Source of the DNA: Candidatus Latescibacterota bacterium
Lineage (GTDB): Bacteria > Latescibacterota > UBA2968 > UBA8231
DNA: 64,000 nt
Direction of reading: 5' to 3'
NCBI GenBank assembly: GCA_965248355.1
Contig: OZ252098.1
Coordinates: 1,312,001-1,376,000, forward strand
The position numbers were made by a program, and so were the translations under genes. Shown here one piece after another: positions 28,212 to 36,572 of this stretch. Numbering within the stretch: the stretch's first letter is position 1; every line of letters begins with the position of its first letter. A model generated the notes under the pieces. The model was not told the DNA's origin. It saw only the letters and a list, made by a program, of their open reading frames with translations, and searched no databases.

Positions 28212-28897
28212 GTCACCAGCTCCTCGAAGATGTCGGTCAGGGATCCCCCCCGGCTCTCGCGCAGCTCGCCGGCGGCGCCGGCCAGGGCGACCTCGCCTTC
28301 GCGCAGGTAGACCACGTCTTCCACCAGCTCCTCCACCTCGTCCACGAGGTGCGTGGAGAGCAGCGCCGTCTGCCCGTGGGCGCGCAACTCCTCCGTCAGG
28401 CTCCGCAGAATGAGCCGGCGCGAGGGCGGGTCGATGCCGTTGAAGGGCTCGTCCATGACCACCAGCCGGCTCCGCCGGGAGAAGGCGGCGACGATCTTCA
28501 GCCGCGCCCGCTGGCCGTGGGACAGCCCGCCCACCCGGGCGCCGCGGTCCAGCTTCATGGCCGCCAGCAGCTCCCGCTCCCGGGCCGGGTTCCAGTCCTC
28601 GTGGAAGGCGCGCAGGTAGTCGAGCTGCTCGCCGACGCGCATCCACTCGTAGCAGGGGTCGACCTCGGGCAGGAAGGCGGTCTCCCGGCGCGTGCCGAGC
28701 CCCACCTCCTCCCCGAAGACGCGCACCTGGCCCCGGTCGGGCCGCGTGATCCCGGCGACGATGCGCAGCAGCGTGCTCTTGCCGCTGCCGTTCTCCCCCA
28801 GCAGGCCGGTAACGCACCCGGCCTTGAAGCGCAGACTCACGCCGCGCAGGGCCTCGGTGCCGCCGTAGCGCTTCCACACATCCTCGACCTCGATCAT
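28208..28897 (-). CDS. ABC transporter ATP-binding protein (YtrB/CcmA-like)
   Basis: GGAGG RBS, GENGSGKST, LSHGQ, MDEP, STH. Confidence 0.93.
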   Translation of the reverse strand: MIEVEDVWKRYGGTEALRGVSLRFKAGCVTGLLGENGSGKSTLLRIVAGITRPDRGQVRVFGEEVGLGTRRETAFLPEVDPCYEWMRVGEQLDYLRAFHEDWNPARERELLAAMKLDRGARVGGLSHGQRARLKIVAAFSRRSRLVVMDEPFNGIDPPSRRLILRSLTEELRAHGQTALLSTHLVDEVEELVEDVVYLREGEVALAGAAGELRESRGGSLTDIFEELVT

Positions 28898-29009
28898 CCC
28901 GTCCCTCCTCGCGTGCAGAGAGGAACGCCGCCAGGCCCGGAGGTTGTCAAGGCCCGGCCCCATGCGCTTAGGTGAAGCATGCCACCCACCCCGAACCGAG
29001 GAGCAACGG

Positions 29010-30233
29010 ATGAAGATCACGGATATCGAGGTCATCCCCATCGCCATGCCCCTGGCCGCCCGCTACGGCGACGCTGCGGGCCGGGTGCGCATGGGGGGCA
29101 TCGACGACCACGTGGTGGTCAAGGTCCACACCGACAACGGCCTGACCGGGTACGGCGACTACGAGGACCAGCCTCATATCGACGAGGCGGTGATCGAGTC
29201 CCTCATCGGGCGCAGCCCCTTCGACTTCGTCAACAACGACCTCAACCTCGCCCTCGGCATGGCCCTCTACGACGTGATGGGCAAGTACCTGGAGGTGCCG
29301 GCCTACAAGCTGATGGGTCAGAAGCTGCGCGACGCCGTGCCCTGCGCCGCCTGGACCCGGCCCTGCCCTCCCGAGGTCTTCGCCGGCGAGATCCGGCGCT
29401 CGGCGGACCAGGGCTACCGCGTCTTCAAGATGCACTCCAACGCCCGCTACGACGTGATCGAGCAGACCCGGGCCGCCGCCGACGCGGCCCCGGCGGGCTT
29501 CAAGCTGCACTGGGACTTCAACCACAACCGCAGCCCGGGCGTGATGCTGCCCATCCTGGCGGAGCTGGAGCGGGACTTCTCCCACGTGGTCGGCTTCATC
29601 GAGGATCCCCTTCCCTGGCAGGACATCGACGGCTGGGCGAAGCTGCGGGCCAAGTCGCGGATCCCCCTGATCATGCACGTGCCCCAGCTCGGCGGCATCC
29701 AGGAGGTCATGGCCGGGGCCGCCGACATCTACATGACCGGCGGCGCCATCGGCCGCACCCTGCAGTCCGGCTTCGCCTACGGCCGGGCCAACGTGCAGGC
29801 CCTGATCCAGCAGTCGGGAGGGGCGCTGATGAAGGCCCTCACCCTGCACCAGGCCGCGGTGCTGCCCACGGCCACGGCCCACGTCATCACCCTCGACGAC
29901 CAGTACGAGCGCGACATCGCCGGGCCGGTGGCCGTGGAGGAGGGCTTCTCCCGCGTCCCCGAGGCGCCGGGCCTCGGCCTGGAGGTGGACGACGACGCCA
30001 TCGCCGAGTTCTCCCGCGGCGAGCGGCTGCCGCGGGTGGACTACATCGGCGTCCTGCGCCTGCCGGGCGGCAAGCGGCTCTACACGCGCGGCTCCCCGGG
30101 CGTGCAGAAACTCACCGGCTTCGAGGAGGGCGCCCTGCCGGGGATCGGCTTCGAGTACTGGGAGAACGACGGCAGCGAGGAGTACCGCAAGGCCCGGGCC
30201 CGTCTCGACGCCGAGGGCAGCTACATGGTCTGA
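29010..30233 (+). CDS. Mandelate racemase / muconate lactonizing enzyme family with C-terminal extension
   Basis: GAGGAG RBS, MKITDIE, TDNGLTGYGD, YDVMGK, DFN, EDP, PEAPGLG. Confidence 0.88.
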   Translation: MKITDIEVIPIAMPLAARYGDAAGRVRMGGIDDHVVVKVHTDNGLTGYGDYEDQPHIDEAVIESLIGRSPFDFVNNDLNLALGMALYDVMGKYLEVPAYKLMGQKLRDAVPCAAWTRPCPPEVFAGEIRRSADQGYRVFKMHSNARYDVIEQTRAAADAAPAGFKLHWDFNHNRSPGVMLPILAELERDFSHVVGFIEDPLPWQDIDGWAKLRAKSRIPLIMHVPQLGGIQEVMAGAADIYMTGGAIGRTLQSGFAYGRANVQALIQQSGGALMKALTLHQAAVLPTATAHVITLDDQYERDIAGPVAVEEGFSRVPEAPGLGLEVDDDAIAEFSRGERLPRVDYIGVLRLPGGKRLYTRGSPGVQKLTGFEEGALPGIGFEYWENDGSEEYRKARARLDAEGSYMV

Positions 30234-30361
30234 CGCCGGAGCGGACCCGTCAGCGGCGGCGGGTCCGCCAGGCCCTCACCCGGCTCGACGGCGAAGGCAC
30301 CTGATGGTCCGATGCCGGAGCGGACCGTCAGCGGCGCCGGGTCAGCCAGGCCTTCACCCGG
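30199..30361. repeat. Diverged tandem duplication of about 80 bp spanning the junction of two convergent genes
   Basis: cccgtctcgacgccgagggcagctacatggtctgacgccggagcggacccgtcagcggcggcgggtccgccaggccctcac aligns with cccggctcgacggcgaaggcacctgatggtccgatgccggagcggaccgtcagcggcgccgggtcagccaggccttcacccg. Confidence 0.85.
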
Positions 30362-31323
30362 GGGTGGTCGAGGACCTCCGGCTGCAGCACGTGCTCCGGC
30401 TCGCGGCCGTGGATGACGTCGGTGACCTGCTCGAAGGTCCTGGCGTCGAGCCGCTGGACCGATTCGACGGTGATGCCGCCGTTGTGGTTGGTGCAGATGA
30501 TGCGCGGGTGGTCCTTGTAGACGGCGCGGGTGTCGTTCACGGGATCGTCGACGACGTAGTAGGTCAGACGGCCCTCCTCCACCGCCCGGAGGGCGTCGTC
30601 GTCGCAGACGAGGTTGCCCCGCGAGGGGTTGATCAGCGACGCGTGGGGCCGCATCGCCTTCAGCTGCTCGTAGCGGACGATGGTGTCGTCCCCGGAGACG
30701 TGGAGGCTCACGGTGTCGCTCTCCTCGAAGAGGCGCATGGGATCGTCCACGGCCTCGGCGCCGTGGCGGGCGGCGACCTCGGCGATGTCGGGACGGACGT
30801 CGTAGACCAGCAGGCGGCCCGAGTCGCCCAGCAAGGGCCTGGCGCGCAGGGCCACCTCCTGGCCGATGCGGCCGAACCCGTAGAGGCCGAGGGTGGAGCC
30901 CCGGGCCTCGAGGGTGGGGATGATGGTGAAGTCGCCGGCGTGGGACATGCGGTTGAGGGTGTGGGTCCGCTTCAGCGTCGCCATCCACTGGGCGATGGTG
31001 TACTCGGCTACGGCGTCCATGTGCACGGGCGTGATCGTCACCGGCACGCCGAGCTCGGTGGCCACCTCGATCTGGACCTTGTCGTAGCCGACCCCCCAGC
31101 GGGCGATGAGGCGCAGGTCGGTGCCGCGCTCGTAGAACTCGCGGTGCACGAGGCTGGAGTTGGCGATGACGCCGACGACGCCGTCGGCCATGTCGCCGGT
31201 GAGGTCGGAGTCGTAGTCGACGAGATCGGCGATCTCCGCCAGCTTCGCCAGGCCGGCGCGCCTGTGGTCGGAGGCGAAGGCCTCGTTGCGGAAGATCTTG
31301 GTGAGCAGGACCTTCGGTTTCAT
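30328..31323 (-). CDS. D-isomer-specific 2-hydroxyacid dehydrogenase (PGDH-like)
   Basis: ARWGVGYD, AVAE, GLYGFGRIG, SLH, INPSRG, TNHNGG. Confidence 0.88.
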   Translation of the reverse strand: MKPKVLLTKIFRNEAFASDHRRAGLAKLAEIADLVDYDSDLTGDMADGVVGVIANSSLVHREFYERGTDLRLIARWGVGYDKVQIEVATELGVPVTITPVHMDAVAEYTIAQWMATLKRTHTLNRMSHAGDFTIIPTLEARGSTLGLYGFGRIGQEVALRARPLLGDSGRLLVYDVRPDIAEVAARHGAEAVDDPMRLFEESDTVSLHVSGDDTIVRYEQLKAMRPHASLINPSRGNLVCDDDALRAVEEGRLTYYVVDDPVNDTRAVYKDHPRIICTNHNGGITVESVQRLDARTFEQVTDVIHGREPEHVLQPEVLDHPRVKAWLTRRR

Positions 31324-31409
31324 GGTCTCTCCTTTCGCGCCGATAGTATATGGGGGCCACCGACAGGCGGCTTGTGGCTCTCAGCCGGGCTTCGCACCTT
31401 TGCGAGGCC

Positions 31410-32573
31410 ATGAGCCCCTACACCCTTCTCCTGCGTCCCCTCCTCTTCCGTCTCGACGCCGAGAGGGCCCACGAGGCGACCCTGGCCGCGGCCTCCGCCG
31501 CCGGCGCCAGGGCCCTCGCACGGGCGGCCCTGCGGTCGCTCTACGGTTTCGAGGACGAGCGGCTGTCCACCGAGGTCGCCGGCCTGCGGTTCCCGAACCC
31601 GCTGGGGCTGGCGGCGGGCTTCGACAAGAACGGCCGCGCCATCCAGGCCCTCTCCTGCCTGGGGCTGGGCCACGTGGAGATCGGCTCGGTCTCGGCCCGT
31701 CCGTCGCGGGGCAACCCCCGGCCGCGCCTCTTCCGCCTGCCCGCCGACGAGGCCATCGTCGTCAACTACGGAGTCCCCAACGACGGCGCCGCCGCCGTCG
31801 CCGCCCGTGTCGCGGCTCGCCCCACGCCCGTGCCCCTGGGGGTGAACCTGGTGGAGACGAACAGCGGCCTCCCGGCTGCGGCCGACGAGGTGATCGCCCA
31901 GTTCGCCGAGACCGCCCGCGCCTTCCTCGGGCGCGCCGACTACCTCACCCTCAACCTCAACTGTCCGAACACGACCGCCGGCGCCAGCCCCTTCGACGAT
32001 CCCGAAACCGTGGCCGCCCTGCTGGCCGAATTCGCCGCTATCGACGGCTTGCCGCCGGTCTTCCTGAAGGTCACGGCCCGCACCGATCCCGGCCCCATCG
32101 AGGCTCTGCTCCAGGCCGTCGACCCTTTTCCTCTCGTGGCCGGCTTCGTCTTCAACCTGCCGCCGGGCAAGGACTACGCCCTGCGCACGCCGGCGGCCGA
32201 GGTCGACCCCCTTCCCGGGACCCTCTGCGGCCCACCGGCCCGGGGGCTGCTCGACGACACCATCCGCGCCTGGTACGGCCGCATCGACCGCCGCCGGTAC
32301 CGCATCATCGGATCGGGGGGCATCGCCTCGGCCGAGGACGCCTGGCGCAAGATCCGCCTCGGGGCCTCGCTGCTGCAGCTCTACACGGGCCTGGTCTACC
32401 ACGGCCCCGGCCTGGTGGGGCGGATCAACCGTGGCCTGGTGCGCCGACTCGAGGCCGACGGCCTCTCCAATGTGAGCGAGGCCGTCGGGCTGGACGCACC
32501 CGCGGCCGGCGGCGATCCGGCCGGGCTCTCCCGGAAGCCGCGCCCGGCACCCCGCCTGGCGCCGGCCCGCTGA
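31410..32573 (+). CDS. pyrD: Dihydroorotate dehydrogenase (quinone), class 2
   Basis: LFRLDAERAH, NPLGLAAGFDKN, GNPRPRLFR, NLNCPNT (Cys where many class 2 enzymes have Ser), GSGGI, QLYTG. Confidence 0.85.
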   Translation: MSPYTLLLRPLLFRLDAERAHEATLAAASAAGARALARAALRSLYGFEDERLSTEVAGLRFPNPLGLAAGFDKNGRAIQALSCLGLGHVEIGSVSARPSRGNPRPRLFRLPADEAIVVNYGVPNDGAAAVAARVAARPTPVPLGVNLVETNSGLPAAADEVIAQFAETARAFLGRADYLTLNLNCPNTTAGASPFDDPETVAALLAEFAAIDGLPPVFLKVTARTDPGPIEALLQAVDPFPLVAGFVFNLPPGKDYALRTPAAEVDPLPGTLCGPPARGLLDDTIRAWYGRIDRRRYRIIGSGGIASAEDAWRKIRLGASLLQLYTGLVYHGPGLVGRINRGLVRRLEADGLSNVSEAVGLDAPAAGGDPAGLSRKPRPAPRLAPAR

Positions 32574-33382
32574 TGGCTGCCCCCCGGCCCAGCGTGCGGC
32601 TCGAGACCGCTCCCGACCTGGCCGGCCGCGAGCGGGCCGTCCGGCAGCAGGGGTTCGCCTACCTGCCGGCCCTGCTCGACGGGCCCCGGATCGCCGCCCT
32701 GCGCGAGGCCATGGACCGCGCCGGGCCGCTGGCCGACAGCTTCGACCGGCTGGAGGAACCGCCCGCCCACCCCTTCTACCACAAGGTGATCAACAACGCC
32801 TTCAACCGGGACCTCCTGTTTCTCTCCTACCTGGACTACCCGGGGGTGATCGAGCTGGCCGAAGCCCTCCACGGCGGCGACTGCCACGTCATCGGCATGA
32901 CCGCCTGGCTCACCGGCCCGGGACGCCCGGACCAGGGCCTGCACGCCGACTGGCAGCCCCTGACCCTGCCCGAGGACGTGATGGACGATCCCCGCGTCGA
33001 GATCCCGGTCTTCATCACAACCGCCCACTTCTACCTCGACGACGTGACCGAGGAGCTGGGGCCGACGGTCTTCGTTCCGGGCAGCCACCGCGCCGCCCGG
33101 CCGCCCGACGGCGACCGGGCCTGGCGCGGCGCGGGGGAGCACAGCGTGCTGTGCCGCGCCGGGGACGTGGTCGTCTTCCGCTCCGAGGTCTGGCACCGGG
33201 GCACGGCCAACCGCGGCGACCGCATCCGCTACCTGCTGCAGGTCCACTACGCCCAGCGCATGATCACCCAGAAATTCCCGCCCTATCTGAACCGCTTCCG
33301 CTTCGACCCGGGCATCCTCGAGCGGTCCACGCCGCGTCAGCGCCGGCTGATGGGCGACCACCGCCCGAGCAACTACGACTGA
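32573..33382 (+). CDS. Phytanoyl-CoA dioxygenase (PhyH) family 2OG-Fe(II) oxygenase
   Basis: LHADW (HxD), GPTVFVPGSH, WHRG..N...R. Confidence 0.88.
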   Translation: MAAPRPSVRLETAPDLAGRERAVRQQGFAYLPALLDGPRIAALREAMDRAGPLADSFDRLEEPPAHPFYHKVINNAFNRDLLFLSYLDYPGVIELAEALHGGDCHVIGMTAWLTGPGRPDQGLHADWQPLTLPEDVMDDPRVEIPVFITTAHFYLDDVTEELGPTVFVPGSHRAARPPDGDRAWRGAGEHSVLCRAGDVVVFRSEVWHRGTANRGDRIRYLLQVHYAQRMITQKFPPYLNRFRFDPGILERSTPRQRRLMGDHRPSNYD

Positions 33383-33398
33383 ATCGACGGAGATCTCC

Positions 33399-34049
33399 AT
33401 GCACTCCTCCACCCTGCGCGGCACCGACTTCGCCCTGACCCTCGAGGGAGCCCCCGTCTCCCATGCCGACTTCTTCGATGGCTTCGCGCGCACCCGGCGT
33501 CTCGGAGTGCTGTGCCCGTCCCCCCTCGACGGCCTCGGCGCCGCGGCCCTGGTCATGGCTCACGTCACCGCCTTCTACGACGACTACCGCGCCGCTGGCG
33601 GGGAGTTCTTCGCCTACCCCGACTTCTTCACCCTCCAGCGCGCCCCCGGGACCGCCAACTACTCCATGCTCGACATCTGGCCGAACCGCAAGAACGTCAG
33701 CATCGGCCCCGGCCCGGGGGACGCCGCCGACGCCCTCACCGACCGCGGCGTCGACGTGCTGCTCGTGGCCGAGGGGCGCACCCGCGCGCCGGAGCTGCAG
33801 CCGGTGCAGGAGGCCGCCCTGCGCCGGCAGGTGCGCGACTGCTACCTCTACGGCCCCGGCGGCGCCGTCGGCGACCCGGACCTGACCGTCAGCTGTCCGC
33901 GGGACCCTGTCAGCGCGTGGATGCAGAGCGTGCGCTCCAGCCTCGACGGCGGCAACGGCGGCGGGAGTCCGGCCGGGGAGGACGGATCCAGCCCCATCGC
34001 CCAGTCCTACCGCCGGCTCTCCCTCGACCAGGCCATGGCCCATCTCTAG
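33399..34049 (+). CDS. Hypothetical protein
   Basis: GGAG RBS, native codon bias, globular-looking 216 aa (TAFYD..FFAYPDFF..LDIWP). Confidence 0.75.
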   Translation: MHSSTLRGTDFALTLEGAPVSHADFFDGFARTRRLGVLCPSPLDGLGAAALVMAHVTAFYDDYRAAGGEFFAYPDFFTLQRAPGTANYSMLDIWPNRKNVSIGPGPGDAADALTDRGVDVLLVAEGRTRAPELQPVQEAALRRQVRDCYLYGPGGAVGDPDLTVSCPRDPVSAWMQSVRSSLDGGNGGGSPAGEDGSSPIAQSYRRLSLDQAMAHL

Positions 34050-34052
34050 CCC

Positions 34053-36572
34053 GTGACCTCCCGACTTGCGCAATCCCCGGCCGGGGCCGCCTCCGTGCTC
34101 CACCCGCCCGAGCTGCTCGACCGCTTCCGTGCCGACGACCGGGTCCGCGCCCGCGCCGAGGAGCGCGCCCGGCCCTGGCGCGATCTCTCCCTCGACGATC
34201 TGTGGTCCCTGGTCTTCGGCCCTCGCATCACCCGCTCGTGGATGGTCTGGTCCGACGGCGACTGTCCGGCCTGCCGCCGGCCCGTGAACATGTACGGCTG
34301 GGAGATGGAGCCCTTCGCCGAGCCCTGGAAGCTGCGCTGCCCCCGCTGCGGCGAGCGCTTCCCGAAGAACGACTTCGCCGCCTTCCACGCGTCCGGCCTG
34401 GACGAGGCGGGCCTCTTCGATCCGTCCCGCGCCGACCGCGGCCTCCTGTTCAACACCGGGCACCCGGAACCCGGCGACCGGCTGCGGACCTTCGGCGTCG
34501 ACGACGGCGAGGGGGTGCCCGGCGAGGGCGGGCGCTGGCGCTTCATCGGCACCTGGCTGGTCTACGGCCAGTGGAAGCGGCTCATCGTCGACGGCGTCGA
34601 GCGGCTGGCCGCCGCGTACGCGGCCACCGGCGATGGTGGTTACGCCCGCAAGGCGGGAGTGCTCCTCGACCGCGTCGCCGACGTCTACCCCGCCTTCGAC
34701 TTCGGCGAGCAGGCCGTTCTCTACGAGCGCAAGGCCGACCGCGGCTACGTGTCGACCTGGCACGACGCCTGCGAGGAGGTGCAGCGGCTGGTGCTGGCCT
34801 ACGACCAGGTGCGCCCGGCGCTGCGCGAGGACGAGGAGTTCCTGGCCTTCGCGGCGGACAGGGCCCGGCGCTGGGAGGTCCCATCCGCAAAGGACTCGGG
34901 TGCCGCGATCTGCGCCCACATCGAGTCCCGCATCCTGCGCGACACCCTTCAGAACACGCCCAAAATCCAGTCGAACTTCCCCACCACCGACGTGGCCGGC
35001 CTCCTGATCCGGACGGTCCTGGAGGGGCGCGAAGGCCTGGAGGAGGTCTACGGCCTGCTCGACGAGGTGATCGAGAAGGCCACCCGCGTCGACGGCCTCA
35101 CCGGCGAGAAGGGGCTGGCCGGGTACTCGGCGATCTCGCCGCGGACCCTGGCCCGCTGCCTGGCCCTCTTCGCCCGCGTCGACGAGGGCTTCCTGCCGCG
35201 CCTGCTGGAGCGCCACCCGTCCCTGAGCCGGCACTGGCGGTTCCACGTCGACGCCTGGGTGGGGCAGCGGTTCTACCCCAACCTCGGCGACAGCGGCGCC
35301 ACCGGAAGCGTCCACACCTCCTATTGCGGCGCCGTCTTCGACCGGGAGCGCGGCGATCCGCTGGCGCCCTCGGCCTTCACCCTCTTCCAGCAGCTGTACG
35401 AGGCCACCGGCGACGCCGCCTTCTGCCAGGTCCTGCACCACGCCAACGGCGGCACCGTGGAGGGCCTCCCCCACGACCCGGGGCACCCCGACCCGGCCGG
35501 CTTCCGGCGCGCCGTGAGCCAGGTCGTCGAGGCCCGGGGCCCGCGGCCGGAGGCGGGCTCCCTCAACCGGCCCCGCTGGGGTCTGGCGGTCCTGCGCTCG
35601 GGGGACGACCGCCGGGCGCCCACGGCCTGGCTCGACACCGACTCCGGCGCCCCGGACAGCATCTACGGCGCCATGGACCCGTCCGTGAGGGGGCGCGGCG
35701 CCCACAGCCACGCCGACGGCCTCAACCTCGGCCTCTACTACCGCGGCGTCGACCTCATGGTCGACCTCGGCTATCCCCCCGTGAACTACGGCGGCTGGAG
35801 CTCGGCCCAGGCCGAGTGGTACCGGCGCACGGCGAGCCACAACACGGTCTGCGTCGACGGCCTCGACCAGGCGACGGCGGCCGGCGACACCCTCTGGTGG
35901 CTCGACGGGGAGCAGGTGCGGGGGATCTGCGTCTCCGCGCCCGGTCTGGTCGACGGCGGCCGCTGCGAGCGCACCCTCGTCATGGTCGACACCGGCGAGG
36001 AGGACGCCTACCTGGTCGACGTGCACCGCGTGCGCTCCGGCCGCGACCACGCCCGCTTCCTGCACGCCACCTTCGGGAGCCTGGCCACCGCAGGGCTGCG
36101 ATTGCAGGCCGCCGAGGACTACGGCCACGACACCCTGATGCGCAGCTTCCGTCTGGACCCGCACCCCGCCGAGGGCTGGACCGCCGACTGGCAGGTGGAG
36201 GACGTGCACGGCCTGGCCCCGCCCGGCGCCGAGCTGCACCTGCGCTACACCGACGTGAGCCGCGGACCGGCGGCGGGCACCTGCGAGGGCTTCGCCCTGG
36301 CCGGCTACTACGGCGACCGGGACGAGCGCTGGCTCCCCCGCGTCGTGCAGCGCCACCGTTCCGCCGATGCGCCACTGACCTCGGTCTTCGCCGGCGTCCT
36401 GGAGCCCTGCGACGGCGCCCCGGCGGTGCGCGGCGTGCGCCGCCTGGACGAGGGCGACGGCACCGACGTGGACGAGCCCGTGGAGCTGGAGATCTCCCTC
36501 GCCGGCGGCGGAGTCGACCGGATCAGCGTCGGCGTCGGGGACCGCGTGCAGGTCCGGCGGAGCCGGCCGTGA
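34053..36572 (+). CDS. Heparinase II/III-like polysaccharide lyase
   Basis: PNLGDS, HSHADGLNL, DLGY, TASHNTVCVDG, plus an N-terminal CxxC...CxxC. Confidence 0.82.
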   Translation: MTSRLAQSPAGAASVLHPPELLDRFRADDRVRARAEERARPWRDLSLDDLWSLVFGPRITRSWMVWSDGDCPACRRPVNMYGWEMEPFAEPWKLRCPRCGERFPKNDFAAFHASGLDEAGLFDPSRADRGLLFNTGHPEPGDRLRTFGVDDGEGVPGEGGRWRFIGTWLVYGQWKRLIVDGVERLAAAYAATGDGGYARKAGVLLDRVADVYPAFDFGEQAVLYERKADRGYVSTWHDACEEVQRLVLAYDQVRPALREDEEFLAFAADRARRWEVPSAKDSGAAICAHIESRILRDTLQNTPKIQSNFPTTDVAGLLIRTVLEGREGLEEVYGLLDEVIEKATRVDGLTGEKGLAGYSAISPRTLARCLALFARVDEGFLPRLLERHPSLSRHWRFHVDAWVGQRFYPNLGDSGATGSVHTSYCGAVFDRERGDPLAPSAFTLFQQLYEATGDAAFCQVLHHANGGTVEGLPHDPGHPDPAGFRRAVSQVVEARGPRPEAGSLNRPRWGLAVLRSGDDRRAPTAWLDTDSGAPDSIYGAMDPSVRGRGAHSHADGLNLGLYYRGVDLMVDLGYPPVNYGGWSSAQAEWYRRTASHNTVCVDGLDQATAAGDTLWWLDGEQVRGICVSAPGLVDGGRCERTLVMVDTGEEDAYLVDVHRVRSGRDHARFLHATFGSLATAGLRLQAAEDYGHDTLMRSFRLDPHPAEGWTADWQVEDVHGLAPPGAELHLRYTDVSRGPAAGTCEGFALAGYYGDRDERWLPRVVQRHRSADAPLTSVFAGVLEPCDGAPAVRGVRRLDEGDGTDVDEPVELEISLAGGGVDRISVGVGDRVQVRRSRP

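Noticed and set aside
30199..30361. Possible mini-CRISPR or REP array
   Set aside because: Only two diverged units, made of gene ends, with no spacers and no cas genes.
33512..36568. 5' two-thirds of the 1629-aa ORF that appears to be a giant helicase
   Set aside because: Arg/Pro/Gly-rich off-frame shadow of two real genes. Helicase motifs begin only at the GTG at 36569.
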